A stretch of 63,048 bases of DNA, filler included, from Squatina squatina (GCA_031763465.1; 4 parts of 4 records of this genome joined end to end with filler, not necessarily neighbours in it), one strand, 5' to 3'; numbered from the whole stretch's first letter, positions 27,500 through 40,509 are shown. Notes: generated by a model from the letters alone, not told the origin. Program-made: numbers and translations.

Positions 27500-28004
27500 C
27501 TGAAATGAAATATTACAAGGATTACTTTCTCTTCTAGAATGTTACAGAAACCACACCTCTCAACACTTGCCTAACATTGCTAGCTCACTCTAGCCTAATT
27601 TACAATGGAAAAAAAACACACCCCAAGTTTCAGCATTAGATACCAAAACGCAGATCCATACATATTGTCAACTGCTTTATTTGATCACAACGGGCAGCTG
27701 TGGCAGATTTTTCATTTGATCTGTATAGTTGTGTGATCCAGAAAAATAACTAGAGTTCTTAGTGTGATCTACTAACTCCAAAAGATGTGTTCACTTGTAT
27801 GTGCACGGAAGGTTTGTCTAACAGGAGTTGATGTATCATGATGATGCTATTTTGTAGCAAATGGAGGATAACTAAGAATTGCTTTGTAATATGTACAAGG
27901 GAAGAACTGAACAGATATTTAAAGAGCAAATCCAAACTGCATTTTAACTTACAAAGTTTGATCCACATACGTTTACAAAAATAAACCAGTTATCTGAAAT
28001 CTAC

Positions 28005-28106
28005 CTGAAACTTTTCTTTGCACGCGGCCACATTGACATCTGTTCCCCAGATTACCAGCTTCTGTCCAAGGGATTGCTCACTGGTCACAACTTCATCTGC
28101 TGAAGG
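28005..28106 (-). CDS. MCM4: MCM4 exon
   Basis: [34 protein letters not shown]; AG/GT. Confidence 0.95.
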
Positions 28107-28235
28107 CTGAAAGCAAGAGATTGGACTCTTAAATGTAAGTAGCCAATAACAAACTTACTTCTTTAAAAAATATATAAATATACATGAATTCGCATAAAAT
28201 TTGGTTAAGCTACATAGCTTCTATCAGGTACCTAC

Positions 28236-28396
28236 CTGGTCTGCATGCAAGTCAACTTGGCGGGCCTTGCGTGCGGAACCAAGGTCAGGACGCTGGCGTA
28301 TAGGTGTACCACGCACACCGCTACGAGGTGTACCTTCCACTCTGGAGCTGGGAGTGCCATAGGTCAAGGGAGAGCTTATGTCAAATTCACTGGCAG
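28236..28396 (-). CDS. MCM4: MCM4 exon
   Basis: [39 protein letters not shown]; AG/GT. Confidence 0.95.
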
Positions 28397-28807
28397 CTGT
28401 GGAACATTAATATATTGTGACAGTTACTTCAACAAAAGAAAGTGACTAAATATACACACTCACACAAAATATATAAAACAGTCTGGCAAAGGTGCAGCTG
28501 GCTCAAAGGTGGAAAAGAATTCTGAAACATTAGAGATAAGCACCAAGAAACTGGAGCTAATGCAATAAAAATAGATTAGTGCTACTCCTCTCAATACAGC
28601 ACTGGTCACTTAATAGAAAAGCACTTTAACACAAGATTGTTTCAGTGCAAAGAAAAATAGCTGGTTGCTTTTCCTGATGTCCTTCACATGGTCCTCTACT
28701 CAGTACAGGCATTTAAGGGGAGAGTAAAATATCTGCTGTTGCTGCTGCAGATGCGGTCTACACTGCTTGCAAAGGTTCAAATTCACTCTGAATGACAAAC
28801 AGCAAAC

Positions 28808-28975
28808 CTGAATGACGTGACCGTGCTGGGCTGGATAAGAAAGATGACTCCTGCACATGTGGGCTCCGAACATCTGCTGCTGGAGAAGTTGGCATCGGCT
28901 GCAGCTCCCCAGTAGATGTTGAATCATCGATCCGCTGCCTTTGTGAAGGTGGAGACTGTACTCCATCACTACGAG
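28808..28975 (-). CDS. MCM4: MCM4 exon (S/T-P-rich N-terminal tail)
   Basis: [34 protein letters not shown]...; AG/GT. Confidence 0.92.
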
Positions 28976-29648
28976 CTGCAAGAGGTTGATTTATTGTTAA
29001 CATGTCTTCACAGTTAAGTGTTTTTTTTAAATGCAAGTGACAACACAATTCTGGCCCCACATGGAGATGAGCTGCAACAACTAGGCGAGCTGTTCAAAGT
29101 TAAAACCAGCAGTAACGTAACTTGACACGTGTCTGAACTGCCCCCTTTAGGATCTGTAAACGGTTTATACAGCTGTAATGTAAATACAAGATGAACAGTT
29201 TATCAAGTTGAATCTCTTAAAATGCTAGGGCAGCCAATCACTGAAAACAAATAACTTTTTCCCTCTTGTCCAACTGGTAGCTTGATGTTGGATTTGCTGC
29301 ACTATCGCTAAAGTGAATACCTGCAGGGAATAGAACCAAGTAGTGTGTGTAACATTTTGAAGGGGAAGGGCACAGCAGGCCTGGGAGTGTAGAGAACTGG
29401 CTGGATATTTAGTGGATATCACTTCAGTTCTTTAGATGACGTTTAAAATTAACAATATCTCAATGGTCGCATGTATTTATCTAATTAAAACATTCAACAA
29501 ACTATTTTTGTACAGAAACAATGACCAAAAATGTGAATATTTCAATAGAATATTTTGTGCCCAATGAACTAGAATGGCTTTAAAGCAAAATTCTGAAGGC
29601 TTCAATAACTTGATGTTAATGGATGCTGCGGTCAACAATAAGACTTAC

Positions 29649-29718
29649 GTGTGGCAGGGTTACTGCCCCTTCCACGCTTGCTTCCTTTACGATTAGGTGT
29701 AGATGTTGGCGACGACAT
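29649..29718 (-). CDS. MCM4: MCM4 first coding exon
   Basis: ATG at 29718; MSSPTSTPNRKGSKRGRGSNPAT|gtaagt, with a cctag acceptor 8 nt upstream of the ATG. Confidence 0.92.
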
Positions 29719-30600
29719 CTTCAGTACTAGGATGGGAAAAAAAATACATTGATATTGAACTGTGCACTTGTAGAATTGTGCCCAAAATGAGGATTTTATG
29801 ACAAAGAACTGGATTCAAAATGGAGTTCTGGGACAGTAAAAGGGCAACAAAATGGAAACTGCATGTACCACTCGCAAGACAGGCTCAGACCAGCAGGTGA
29901 GAAAATTCCTGCGGTCTCCTGTCAATCAAGACAGATTCTAATGCAAATGAGNNNNNNNNNNNNNNNNNNNNNNNNNNNNNNNNNNNNNNNNNNNNNNNNN
30001 NNNNNNNNNNNNNNNNNNNNNNNNNNNNNNNNNNNNNNNNNNNNNNNNNNNGAAACTCCTTACTTCCTTCAATCTTTCCTTCCTTTGTCAATTTTAAGAC
30101 TTTTTTTAATAACCTAGGCTTGGCATCAGATTTGGTGGTGTTCTGTACTATAAACGTTGGTCCTTAACCTAAATTTCTCAATTACAAAAACAAGTGCGTG
30201 AAAGTGGTCTGCGGTAATTTGCTCTGTGGCTTTCCTTGCCATCTGCAGTAATTGCCTACCATCTGTTCTTTCTTGTGCTGATAGGAAATTGCCTCTTTGT
30301 TGGTTATCTTATAGAAAAACAAATGTTGACAATGATATGTTTACTCACTTTTTTCAATATATTGCTAATGTCCCATAGTTTTGCCTGAAGTAAGTTGGAA
30401 GATACATTGTTTTATAAGGACAGGGGTGATATGTAGTTCACAGTCAATTTGCTGCTAAGGTGGAAGGAATTGTGGCAGTGTTCTGGTAAACAAGTGTTTT
30501 AAGAAAGCAGCTCCCTGGGGAAAATGTTCTTGGTTCCTCTTTTGTAGTAAAATTGTTAAGCCATTCTTTATACATGTGGTAACAATTTCAAATTCCTCAG

Positions 30601-30700
30601 ATGACCTCTGCAACAAGAGAGCCGAAACTTCTAGTGGTATCGGGATGCCTTAGAGGGTTAATAGCACTTATGATAAACTTCACTAAATCTGTAGAGGAAG
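30601..30700 (+). CDS. PRKDC: DNA-PKcs N-terminal exon
   Basis: ctcag|[33 protein letters not shown]|gtgagt, resembling human [20 protein letters not shown]...NFTKSMEE. Divergent from MCM4, as in human. Confidence 0.9.
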
Positions 30701-30795
30701 GTGAGTTTCTTGTTTAAATTATATTGAGATATAAATGCTTAATGCACTCCAGCCATGTCGGAAAAAAAATAACAATTGGCAAATATACTTTTTAG

Positions 30796-30851
30796 ATCCA
30801 AGGACATCAAGGGATATTTTTGACTATGCACTGAAATCCATAAATCTGCAG
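30796..30851 (+). CDS. PRKDC: DNA-PKcs next exon
   Basis: tttag|(D)PRTSRDIFDYALKSINLQ|gttagt, phase-consistent with the previous exon. Confidence 0.88.
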
Positions 30852-31011
30852 GTTAGTTCTAAATTGCTGGATGTTGTGTGTAACAGAAAAAAAATGTTTG
30901 GAAACTGGAAGGATAACTGATTAAACTGGTTAAATGTTGTCTTTTAGGAATTGAGAAATTTTGGAGCAGAAATAAGAATATCGATTCAGCCATAATTTGA
31001 AGATTAGGAAG

Positions 31012-31168
31012 TACATAGAAACATAGAAAATAGGAGCAGGAGTCGGCCATTCGGCCCTTCAAGCCTGCTCCGCCATTCAGTATGGTCATGGCTGATTCTC
31101 TACCTCCACTCCATGTTCTCGCATTCTCCCCATATCCCTTGATACCTTTAGTATCTAGCAATCTCTCT
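31012..31168 (-). mobile_element. Shark-type CR1 LINE/SINE 3' tail. Related copies near 2240-2395, 5197-5270, 13824-13900, 19376-19500, 20720-20770, 33520-33745, 35060-35160, 36539-36696, 42240-42350, 46550-46690, 47537-47593 and 48030-48175
   Basis: Recurrent motif ggctcgaagggccgaatggcctactcctgc...ttttctatgtttctatg and variants, often at contig ends. Confidence 0.85.
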
Positions 31169-31212
31169 NNNNNNNNNNNNNNNNNNNNNNNNNNNNNNNN
31201 NNNNNNNNNNNN

Positions 31213-31224
31213 TTAATTAATTAA
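31213..31224. other. Artificial scaffold-concatenation linker TTAATTAATTAA
   Basis: Flanked by 44 N on each side. Confidence 0.97.
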
Positions 31225-31268
31225 NNNNNNNNNNNNNNNNNNNNNNNNNNNNNNNNNNNNNNNNNNNN

Positions 31269-32175
31269 CAGGTGAGAGTGGATCTACAGGTGAGAATGGC
31301 ACCACAGGTGAGAGTGGCTCCTCATGTGAGAATGGCACCACACGTGAGAGTGGCTCCACAGGTGAGAATGGCTCCACAGGTGACAGTGGTTCCTCAGGTG
31401 ACATTGGCTCCACAGGTGAGTGTGGCTCCACAGGGTGAGAGTGGCTCCACAGGTGAGAGTGGCTCCACAGGTGAGAGTGGTTCCTCAGGTGACATTGGCT
31501 CCACAGGTGAGATTGGCTCCAGAGGTGAGAGTGGCTCCACATGGGGTAGTGGCTCCACAGGGTGAGAGTGGCTCCACAGGGTGAGAGTGGCTCCACAGGT
31601 GAGAATGGCTCCACAGGTGAGTGTGGCTCCACACGTGAGATTGGCTGTGCAGGTGAGAGTGGCTCTACAGGTGAGAATGGCACCACACGTGAGAGTGGCT
31701 CCTCATGTGACAGTGGCTCCACATGAGAGAATGGTTCCACAGATGAGAGTGGCTCCACAAGTAAGAGTGGCTCCACAGGTGAGAATGGCTCCACATGTGA
31801 CAGTGACTCCACAGGTGAGAATGGCTCCACAGCTGACAGTGGCTCCACATGTGAGAGTGGCTCCACAGGTGAAAATTGCTCCACAGGAGATAGTGGCTCC
31901 ACACGTGAGAATGGCTCCACAGGTGACAGTGGCTCCACAGGCGAGAAAAGCTCCACAGGTGAGAATGGCAAAACAGGTGAGAATAGCTTCACATGTGGCA
32001 GTGGCTCCACAGGTGAGAGTGGCTCCACAGGTGAGAGTGGCTCCACAGGTGAGAATGGCTCCACAGGTGAGAGTGGCTGTACAGGTGAGAGTGGCTCCAC
32101 ACGTGAGAGTGGTTGTGAAGGTGAGAGTGGCTCTACAGGTGAGAATGGCACCACACGTGACAGTGGCTCCACACA
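31269..32175. repeat. 18-bp minisatellite, consensus CAGGTGAGAGTGGCTCCA, about 50 copies, truncated at the scaffold start
   Basis: Directly visible tandem units with point variants and occasional +1 G insertions. Confidence 0.97.
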
Positions 32176-34844
32176 GTGAGCAGAGCAATTCCTCCATGTG
32201 TGAAATACTATTGAACAGCAATAAATGGTCTATAATGTGTGTTCAAGGTATGATTGATTAGCAATAAAGGACAGTGTGTGTGTGCTGCCTTGGTTAATTA
32301 AAGCAAGCTCAATGATTGGCAGGTTCGATCTTTGGCCACTTCATACAGTTGCCCAATCTACCAGTAATTCGGTGAGATGGGGGCCTGTGCTTTATCCCGA
32401 GTTCCTTAATTGTGTGGGAAGTAAGGAAAGCGTGGCGCTGCCATCAGTGAGCATGTGTCAAACATCAAGAAGTGTAAGTTAGGTTCCCTTAATGACCATC
32501 ATTACCAGAGTGTTGGGAGGTGCAATTAATTCCGTGTGTTATTTGTCAAGTGTGAGGTGATTTATACCCAACACTAAAAGTAAAGAGACAGAATGAAGCT
32601 AATCCATTTCAATAGCTTTTTCTACACTCCTACATGATCAATATACCAACAGTCCATAATATTGGAGTCTGGTGTTTCTACAATACTGATCTACACTTAA
32701 TTGACACAGTTAACTTGAGAAGATTTAAAATTCCATGCAGCAACCCCTATTACTCTCATTAATGCCATGCAAGTTGGGCACAGGTGAGACAAGCAGAGCT
32801 GGCCAATAGAAGCTGCTTTTACAATATGCAACGACCCCCAACCAGTGTCTCCAAGACCTGTACGAATGACTCTGAGATCCTGGCTACTGGCTNNNNNNNN
32901 NNNNNNNNNNNNNNNNNNNNNNNNNNNNNNNNNNNNNNNNNNNNNNNNNNNNNNNNNNNNNNNNNNNNNNNNNNNNNNNNNNNNNNNNNNNNCGTTTGAT
33001 AAAAAGAATAATTGGAAGAGACTTTTTGAAAAAAAATGTTTTAGTAAACGGGTCCTGGAGAAGCTGCAGTCAACAAGGCTGTGAGTTCAAACCAGCCTGA
33101 GAGCTGCTCTGGTCTCGAAATTTTCATCCCAAGACCATTCTATGGTTTCCAAGGATCAGGAGAACAAGGAGAGGAATGGTACAGGCAAATTTCAAGTAAT
33201 GAACCATTAGAACCTTCCTTCCTCTAAAGCAAATTGGTTGGAGGTCAAGAGCAATCAGGTCTTCAAATAACAGTGCATGAACAACGTGATGCTGAGCGGG
33301 AGAGTTTGTTCCAGCATTTCAAATACTGTTAGATGATCAACAACAAATTGAAAAGGAGGTACATGTAAGAGAGTGCACTGAAAGTTTGAGAGAAAGAAAT
33401 GCATGAGTCCTTCTCCTGCTGTTCCTTCTCGTACTGTCAGATTTATCATTTGGAGATCCACATTTGCTGTGGATTATAAATTTAAGATCATCACCATGAA
33501 AACAATGTTTTGAGAATTATTTTTACTCAGAAAAAATTAGGCGATGAGGGCATGGATGCCTTAGCAGAAACAGTGGTGGAAGCAGAATCTATAATAGACT
33601 TTAAGAAGGAAGTGGTTACATTTTACAAAAAGGAAACATGTAAAATGATATATGGGGAAAAGAACTAAGTGGATAGCTGTTTCATAGAGCCTTCAGAGTC
33701 ACAATGGGCCAAATGGCTGCTCTCTGTGCTGTAAAATTCTATGAATGAGCCTGCAATTGCCATCATTAAGATGTTGGGTACATGAATAATTAGACTGTCG
33801 CTCCAAATGAGCAGAAACGAACAATTCACATATACACTTTGCAAACTCCAATCAATTGTACATTCAACAGCTTAGCATCAAGCATTCTGTTTGCACCACA
33901 GGTGTGGTATAAATTAGGATAATACAAGAAATGTAATTAATTTATTGCTATGTGACTGATCTATTATAAACATGAAGGGCTCTGCAATATCAGACATGAC
34001 TGCTTGTGAAGTGGATTTCTCTCTGAAGTAGTATTTTGTGCGCAATCTTGAAAATCCTGTTAGTTGCGATTAAAGCAGAAAGCCACAGGCAGGTGCAGCC
34101 TCAATAACTATGTTTTAATAACCTGTGACGTTAGTGGCTTAAACTTCAGCTCCAATTTGAAATTCTCATTCCCTTGTTGAACTCCTTTGCAAGCTCTGTA
34201 ACCTCCTCCAGCCTTAAACCCTCGGTTCCTCTGCCTCTGGCCTCTTGCGTTTCCCTATTTCCCTTCACCCCACCATCAGCGGCCGTACCTTCAACAACAA
34301 CTTGTATTTATAGTGAAACGTCCCAAGGTGCTTCACAGGAGTACTGAGAGATTTATTAAAAAATAAATCCCCTCCCTAGCCCCTTCCGCCTCTCCATTCC
34401 TGCCCTCCCTTTCCATTTATNNNNNNNNNNNNNNNNNNNNNNNNNNNNNNNNNNNNNNNNNNNNNNNNNNNNNNNNNNNNNNNNNNNNNNNNNNNNNNNN
34501 NNNNNNNNNNNNNNNNNNNNGTGAATTTCCTCAATCGTTTGCGCTGCTGCCGAGATATGGCCACTCATTTACAAAGCTCCACCCCCAACTCAGAACTTTC
34601 TTCGATTTACACAAGTAGCGCACTGGTGTAGATTTACGGCCCAAAATTTAGGCACAGCACACCCTTAAGTCACCTGATATCAACGGAATAGATTTCTAGA
34701 GTTTGGTGCTTTTCTTTGCAACATTTTTTGAATTTTTCCTGCTGACCCAAATTGCAGGTCTCGACCAAGGTTGAACAGAAAGAACGAAGATGAGGTAAAT
34801 CAGGCGTAGTGATTAGATAACACCAAGATCTACATATTACACTG

Positions 34845-35050
34845 ATCCATAAACATTACACTCTGATTACACTGCAATGCCCACATCAAACTAAAGTGCA
34901 CAGTCACTCTGCACTCCACACATTGCAATACACAGATTACACTACAGTGTGCACTTTGCACTCAACACTGCACAGTAGATGTAGAGATCAAACTGCACTG
35001 CACACCGATTACACTGCACTGTACACATTACGCCGAATACACCACACCAC
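34845..35050. repeat. Degenerate CA/CTG-rich low-complexity repeat (units like tacactgca)
   Basis: Repeated cacactgca/gattacact words. Confidence 0.6.
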
Positions 35051-37559
35051 GCGCCAACTACAAAGGAACAGGAGGCCAATCAGCCCTTCAAGCGTGTCCC
35101 ACCATTCAATGAGATCATGGCTGACCTGCGACCTAACTCCTTACCCAACCTCTTCTCGTGTCCTGGCCAATCCCTCAACCAACACCACCAAAAACAGAGT
35201 AACAAGGCATTGCTCCCAGTTCTGCTTGTGAGATCTTGCTGTGCCCACATTGGTTGCCACAGTTCGCAACGTAACAACAGTGACTGCAAGCAATTCATGG
35301 GTTGCGCACTGCTCCGGAATTCCCCGAAATCATGGCAGGCACCGTATAAAGCTCTTTCTCTCCGAAGTCTTGGCTAATCTTAACACAGGAGGAATTGTGT
35401 CTGCACCACTGCGCTTTTCAAAGTGGCCTTCCCTGGAAATTGCACAATGCGATGGGCAACAAGGACGCACCCCGATGGAAGCGTTGCCTCTTTATGACAT
35501 GCGTCCCTCGGCTATCTGAAACACTGCATCCTCACACAAAAACCGGGCTTCCTCATTCAAGGAAGCCTGCAGGAGTTACAGGAAACACCCTGAGGAACCA
35601 AGACTCTGACTCTCCCAGATAATGCATCAAGGAATGACGTCTCTCCTTACTGACAGCTTGTGGCTGCTTGCCCATTGTTTGGATCATTGTCACTTTCCAA
35701 AGACCACACAGTAACACGATTTAAGCTGCCCTGCTAATTAGTTTCCCGACACGGCGCACACACTCTCTTCCTGTTGGGACACACCCCACTTACCCAAATA
35801 CACAATGCTTCGGCACAGGTTGGCAAAAGCCAAGGCTTAGGGTCCCTCGAGTGCAGGGCTACAGCTGGAGTTTGACCTGCTAAAGTCACACAGGCCTACC
35901 CCAGCACACAGCACTAGTAAACTTCCCATTATCACACTTGCTGTATGCCGCTTTTCCCAACATTACAACAGCGGCTATGCTACAGAAAGTACTTCATTGG
36001 CTGTAGAGTGCTTTGGGATGTCCTGAGTTTGTTGCTGGCGCTATGTAAATGCAAGTCTTTCATTCTAGTCCTGTTAGAACCACCCTACTATCCATTGGGG
36101 CATTGACTTGTCAGGTTATCTGGAGCTGAGAGGGAAGAATCCCAGCTCCCCGGCCCTGGTGAAGGGCCTACATCCCCAGGCCCCATTAATGAGTGGAGCC
36201 TGGCATTGGGCTCCACTAGGTGAGACTTAGGCTCACCGTGAGATCCCCCTTTGGGTTGGAATGGTGCCTGCCTTGCTTCTGACTGCAGCGTTGCAACTCT
36301 CCCAATAATTCATCATCTTATTACTTTCAAACAGTTTTGACTGCAGCATCCTCACGGGAACTTAGTGGCTCCCGCTTCCGGCAGGTTCGATCACATGATC
36401 TCCAACCGCCCTGGCCCTACGCTCCTGCCATTGGTCGCCCGATACATCCATCCTCACGGCGCCCCGCCTTCCCACGGCCAATCGGAAAGCAAGCAGACTC
36501 TTCATTGCCCGATTGGATGAATCTTGACCGTCAGTCAAGGGGGAAGCTAGATAAACACCTGAGGGAGAAAGGAATAGAAGGATATACAAATAGGGTGAGA
36601 TGAAGAGGGGTGGGAGGAGGCTCGTGTGGAGCATAAACACTGGCATGGACCAGTTGGGCCAAATGGCCTGTTTCTGTGCTGTAAATACTTCGTAATAGTC
36701 AAACAACCTTCCCCCCATCGCCAATATTTGTATAACTAATAAATGAAAGTGTTCAGAGAAAATGAAAAAAAATGCACAATTTTTTTTAATGTCCCTATGA
36801 TTTTTCTCCCAGCATTTTTGCTCACAGCAGTGTTCAAGTGATTAATCTTCAATTCTTGGAGAGTCCAGGGCAAAATGGAGGGTTGACAACCTTGCGGGAA
36901 CTAGGGGCAAATGCCCTCCAAAAGGACAGAGAAGGATGACAAGTGGCTGAAGGAACAGGCCTCGGTTTCTCATTAAGATCTACATTGTGGCGGGGGGACG
37001 TCGCAACTATCAGAAGAGAGTCGCGATTTATTCCATCCCCTTGATACCAATTCTTATGTGGCTGTTAGTCTGCCCTCGTTCATGCAAATGTAATTTAATT
37101 ACTATTCCCTCACTCGTGTGCCAGTAATTAAATCACAGCTCTTTTTCTGTCCTCTTTACTAACGAGCAGATTAAATAACCAATCAATGGCTCAATAATGT
37201 CATGTGTGCATGCAAGTGCTGGGATCTCAGTGCCGTCAAGCCTTGTCCGAAGAGGACTCTCAGCAGCTGTACGGTTGTAATAAGCTTTGCGTTACACTGA
37301 ATTAAAATGACTGAGGGATGCAGCGCAGATAGGTAATTCCCTTTACTCAAAAGGGTGATATGTGCTTGGAATANNNNNNNNNNNNNNNNNNNNNNNNNNN
37401 NNNNNNNNNNNNNNNNNNNNNNNNNNNNNNNNNNNNNNNNNNNNNNNNNNNNNNNNNNNNNNNNTAATCTCACAACATGCTAGAGTAATCTGTCAGCATC
37501 TGTAAAGAGGACGTACTGGCGAATGCATTGAGCGTAGGCCCTTTGGCAAGAATTGGGAG

Positions 37560-37853
37560 TTCTAACAAGGAGGTCAGTGTCTTAGTGATGTGGATTGAGG
37601 GATACATATTGTCCGGGACACCGGGGAGAACTCCCCTGCTCTTCGTCGAAATAGCGCCGTGGGATCGTTTCCGTGAGAGGGCAGATGGGGCCTCAGTTTA
37701 ACGTCTCATCAGAAAGACGGTACCTCCGACAGTGCGGCGCTCCCTCAGCACGGCACTGGGAGTGTCAGCCTAACTGATGTGCTCAGTGCTGGAGTGGGAC
37801 TTGAAACTTGCACTCTCTTGAACACAGAGGTGAGCGTGCTATCCACTGAGGTA
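37560..37853 (-). mobile_element. DeuSINE (SacSINE1-like) copy: tRNA-derived head plus Deu core
   Basis: Reverse complement matches the 42358-42792 element; B-box-like gtttcaagtccc. Confidence 0.8.
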
Positions 37854-38490
37854 AAGAGACAACATGATTGCCCAGAATTTAATGTCCATGGATCGCTGAA
37901 ATTTCTAATTGGCAGTGATTCTGCAACCAATGCCAAATTAAAACAGAAATATATAACTTGTCATTAATCAAATCCAGGCCCACATTACAATCAAACACGT
38001 GCCTCAATTTAAGGGCCTCGTACCATCTGTTTTTCATGGCAGTTTACTCAATCCGAGCGGCTGTTTAGTCACACTTTTGAAATAATTTTTTTCCTTCAGG
38101 CTGCTGTTTTAATCATTCGTTACAATAAACGTACGGCGTTACACAAACTCCATCACAAGCGGAGCAGGTAGAGAAGTCCTCAGAGGGTGGAGGAGGGGTT
38201 AGCAGAGAGGGGTGGGCGAAAGGGGCGGAGGAACAGGGTGAGGGAAGGGTTGGGGGGAAGAATGGGAAAGGGCATGGGTGAAGTGCCAGAGGGTGGGTGC
38301 CACCTGTGCAACTCTACCCCAGGCTGCAGTCAATATCTCCAGGGAAGTGTGTCAGTAAACTTGNNNNNNNNNNNNNNNNNNNNNNNNNNNNNNNNNNNNN
38401 NNNNNNNNNNNNNNNNNNNNNNNNNNNNNNNNNNNNNNNNNNNNNNNNNNNNNNNNNNNNNNNGTTGAGAAAGAGATGTCAGATACTTAC

Positions 38491-38682
38491 CCCAATCTCC
38501 AGGCACGGCTTCACCTTGTTTCTGTCGCCATTGCCTGGCACGCATCAAGCTGTATTCATTTTCAATCTTAAGACGCTCCTCTTCAGGTATCCATGATTCT
38601 GCCACCTGCAGTCTGTTCAAGTACGCTTGCTGGATACGGAGTGTTAACTGTTGATGTCTAATCATTGCCTGAATTCTTCTGT
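38491..38682 (-). CDS. Unidentified protein-coding exon (192 nt, phase 1-1)
   Basis: tgtttctgtctgttacag| acceptor, G|gtaagt donor, open frame RRIQAMIRHQQLTLRIQQAYLNRLQVAESWIPEEERLKIENEYSLMRARQWRQKQGEAVPGDW. Confidence 0.7.
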
Positions 38683-40326
38683 CTGTAACAGACAGAAACA
38701 AATTCTTAAAGGTTGGGATTATTGTTCAAGAGAAACTTCAGGAACAGATTCCACAAATATTTACAGAATTAGTGAAAATGTATGAAGAAAGGCCAGAAAG
38801 ACAAAAAGTATCCCGGTGGACCGCACCTGATGGTGCCCTCCAACGCTGGTCTTGTTCGAGTTTGCAGGGTCAGGGTCATTTGCAAGAGTTGGTGGGCACA
38901 AATGCTACTTTAGCTGCATCTCTGGCATTTGCCTAACCATGGCTGCTGGAAATTCCAGCACCCACCACATGGGAGGATTGCCAAATGCACCCCCCCAAAC
39001 TCTGATTACATCCTTTACGGCCCCAAATAAATAGGTCAATCTGCTTCTTTAGAATAAAATTGAGGAAACTTCTCTAGGATCGAGGCTACTTCCCTGGTGT
39101 GAACCTCGCTACATTCCATCTTATTGGATGTACCTCCCTCCAGAGATATGGCTGCTCATATGAAATGGCCACTGAAATGGGAACTCCTAATGTAGGTTGT
39201 CTCTGTCCTGGAACTTCATCCCTCTTCCCCCACCCCAATTTTTTTTGGAGGTTCCGCCCCTTACATAGACAAATTGGAATATCCTGGAAATAGTGGAGGA
39301 CCCACATAAACGCTGTGGAATTTTGACCCCTATACACTTTACCTTGCTTGAAGGTGCCCTATTTAACAAATATTGATTTAACAGGACAGATAATCATGTG
39401 TGCCTCTCTGGCTGCACATGGAGCTTCTCCAGAAACACGGAAAAACATCCCCTTTAAGTGTTTGTAGACTAGCATCCAACGGCCTAGCATGTTAGTAAGC
39501 AGGGGGCCAAACAGGGACCGAAGAGTGTTTGCCAAGCTGTGGCAGCTTGCCCTCCTTCCCCCGGGTGTTCAGCAACAGAAACAGGGATCAATAGCACCCC
39601 CAGTGGAGACCAATCTCTGCGGGTAACCAGAAATCTCCCTCAAACATTGTCTCGTTCTCGGTCATTATGCTTGTCTTCTGATTTTTTTTTTTGTCTCTCT
39701 CGTTTTCTCTCTCACCTTTTCTCTTCTCGTCACCTCTGTACTTTTGTTAGACACCCAATGGCCTATTAATGATCTTGAACGGGGACTGCACAAGTCGGAC
39801 ACTTGTGAAGCAGCTTTGACATTGAGGCCTAGGACTCAGGCTTGCCCTTGCTGAATGGCTCCATGCTAAGCCACCACAAATCACAGCATTACATGAAAGA
39901 AAAAATTATTTTTGTGTAATCAGGCTTGGTGCCCTGTGGAGAACTCACAGCCGTAATAAGCCTCACAGCAGATAACCACAGATATGTGAAAAGAATTCTC
40001 ACACAGGGAGTGACTGTAAAATCAATGCAATTAACAGTATGCTGCTAAAATAAGAAAATCTAATTGAAAAGATGTGCTTGCGGAACCTTTGAAACGACAC
40101 ATTTCTAATTCAGCTGCCGGCTAAAGCCGTTACCAAGAGAGCCAACTGTTCCTCGCTCACGGCTGATTGTCTCCCCACCCAATTAACTGTTATATAAAAG
40201 TGTACACTTCCTCATATTCCGATTTTNNNNNNNNNNNNNNNNNNNNNNNNNNNNNNNNNNNNNNNNNNNNNNNNNNNNNNNNNNNNNNNNNNNNNNNNNN
40301 NNNNNNNNNNNNNNNNNNNNNNNNNN

Positions 40327-40509
40327 TGTCGAGCCACGTCTGACCTCTTAAACCCGTCCAGGTAATAGAGGCGCTTTGCCAATCGCTTCGCGGCCTCTTG
40401 GTCAGTCTTGTTGCCGTTGGCCAGAGTGTCGGTGCTGCCCAGTGCCAGCTGTTCCGTGCTGTCCATCTCGGACTCCGAGTCCATCACCAGGTGGTTCAAA
40501 TTGCTGTCA
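40327..40509 (-). CDS. PSD: PH and SEC7 domain-containing protein (EFA6A-like) exon at the start of the Sec7 domain, 3' end in gap
   Basis: ttcccag|; DSESEMDSTEQLALGSTDTLANGNKTDQEAAKRLAKRLYYLDGFKRSDVAR, closest to human PSD as recalled. Confidence 0.85.

Noticed and set aside
31269-32175. CRISPR array, or collagen/antifreeze-like gene, in the 18-bp repeat
   Set aside because: There are no unique spacers or cas genes, and the context is eukaryotic. The frames are open only because the unit lacks stops, and single-base insertions break the frame.
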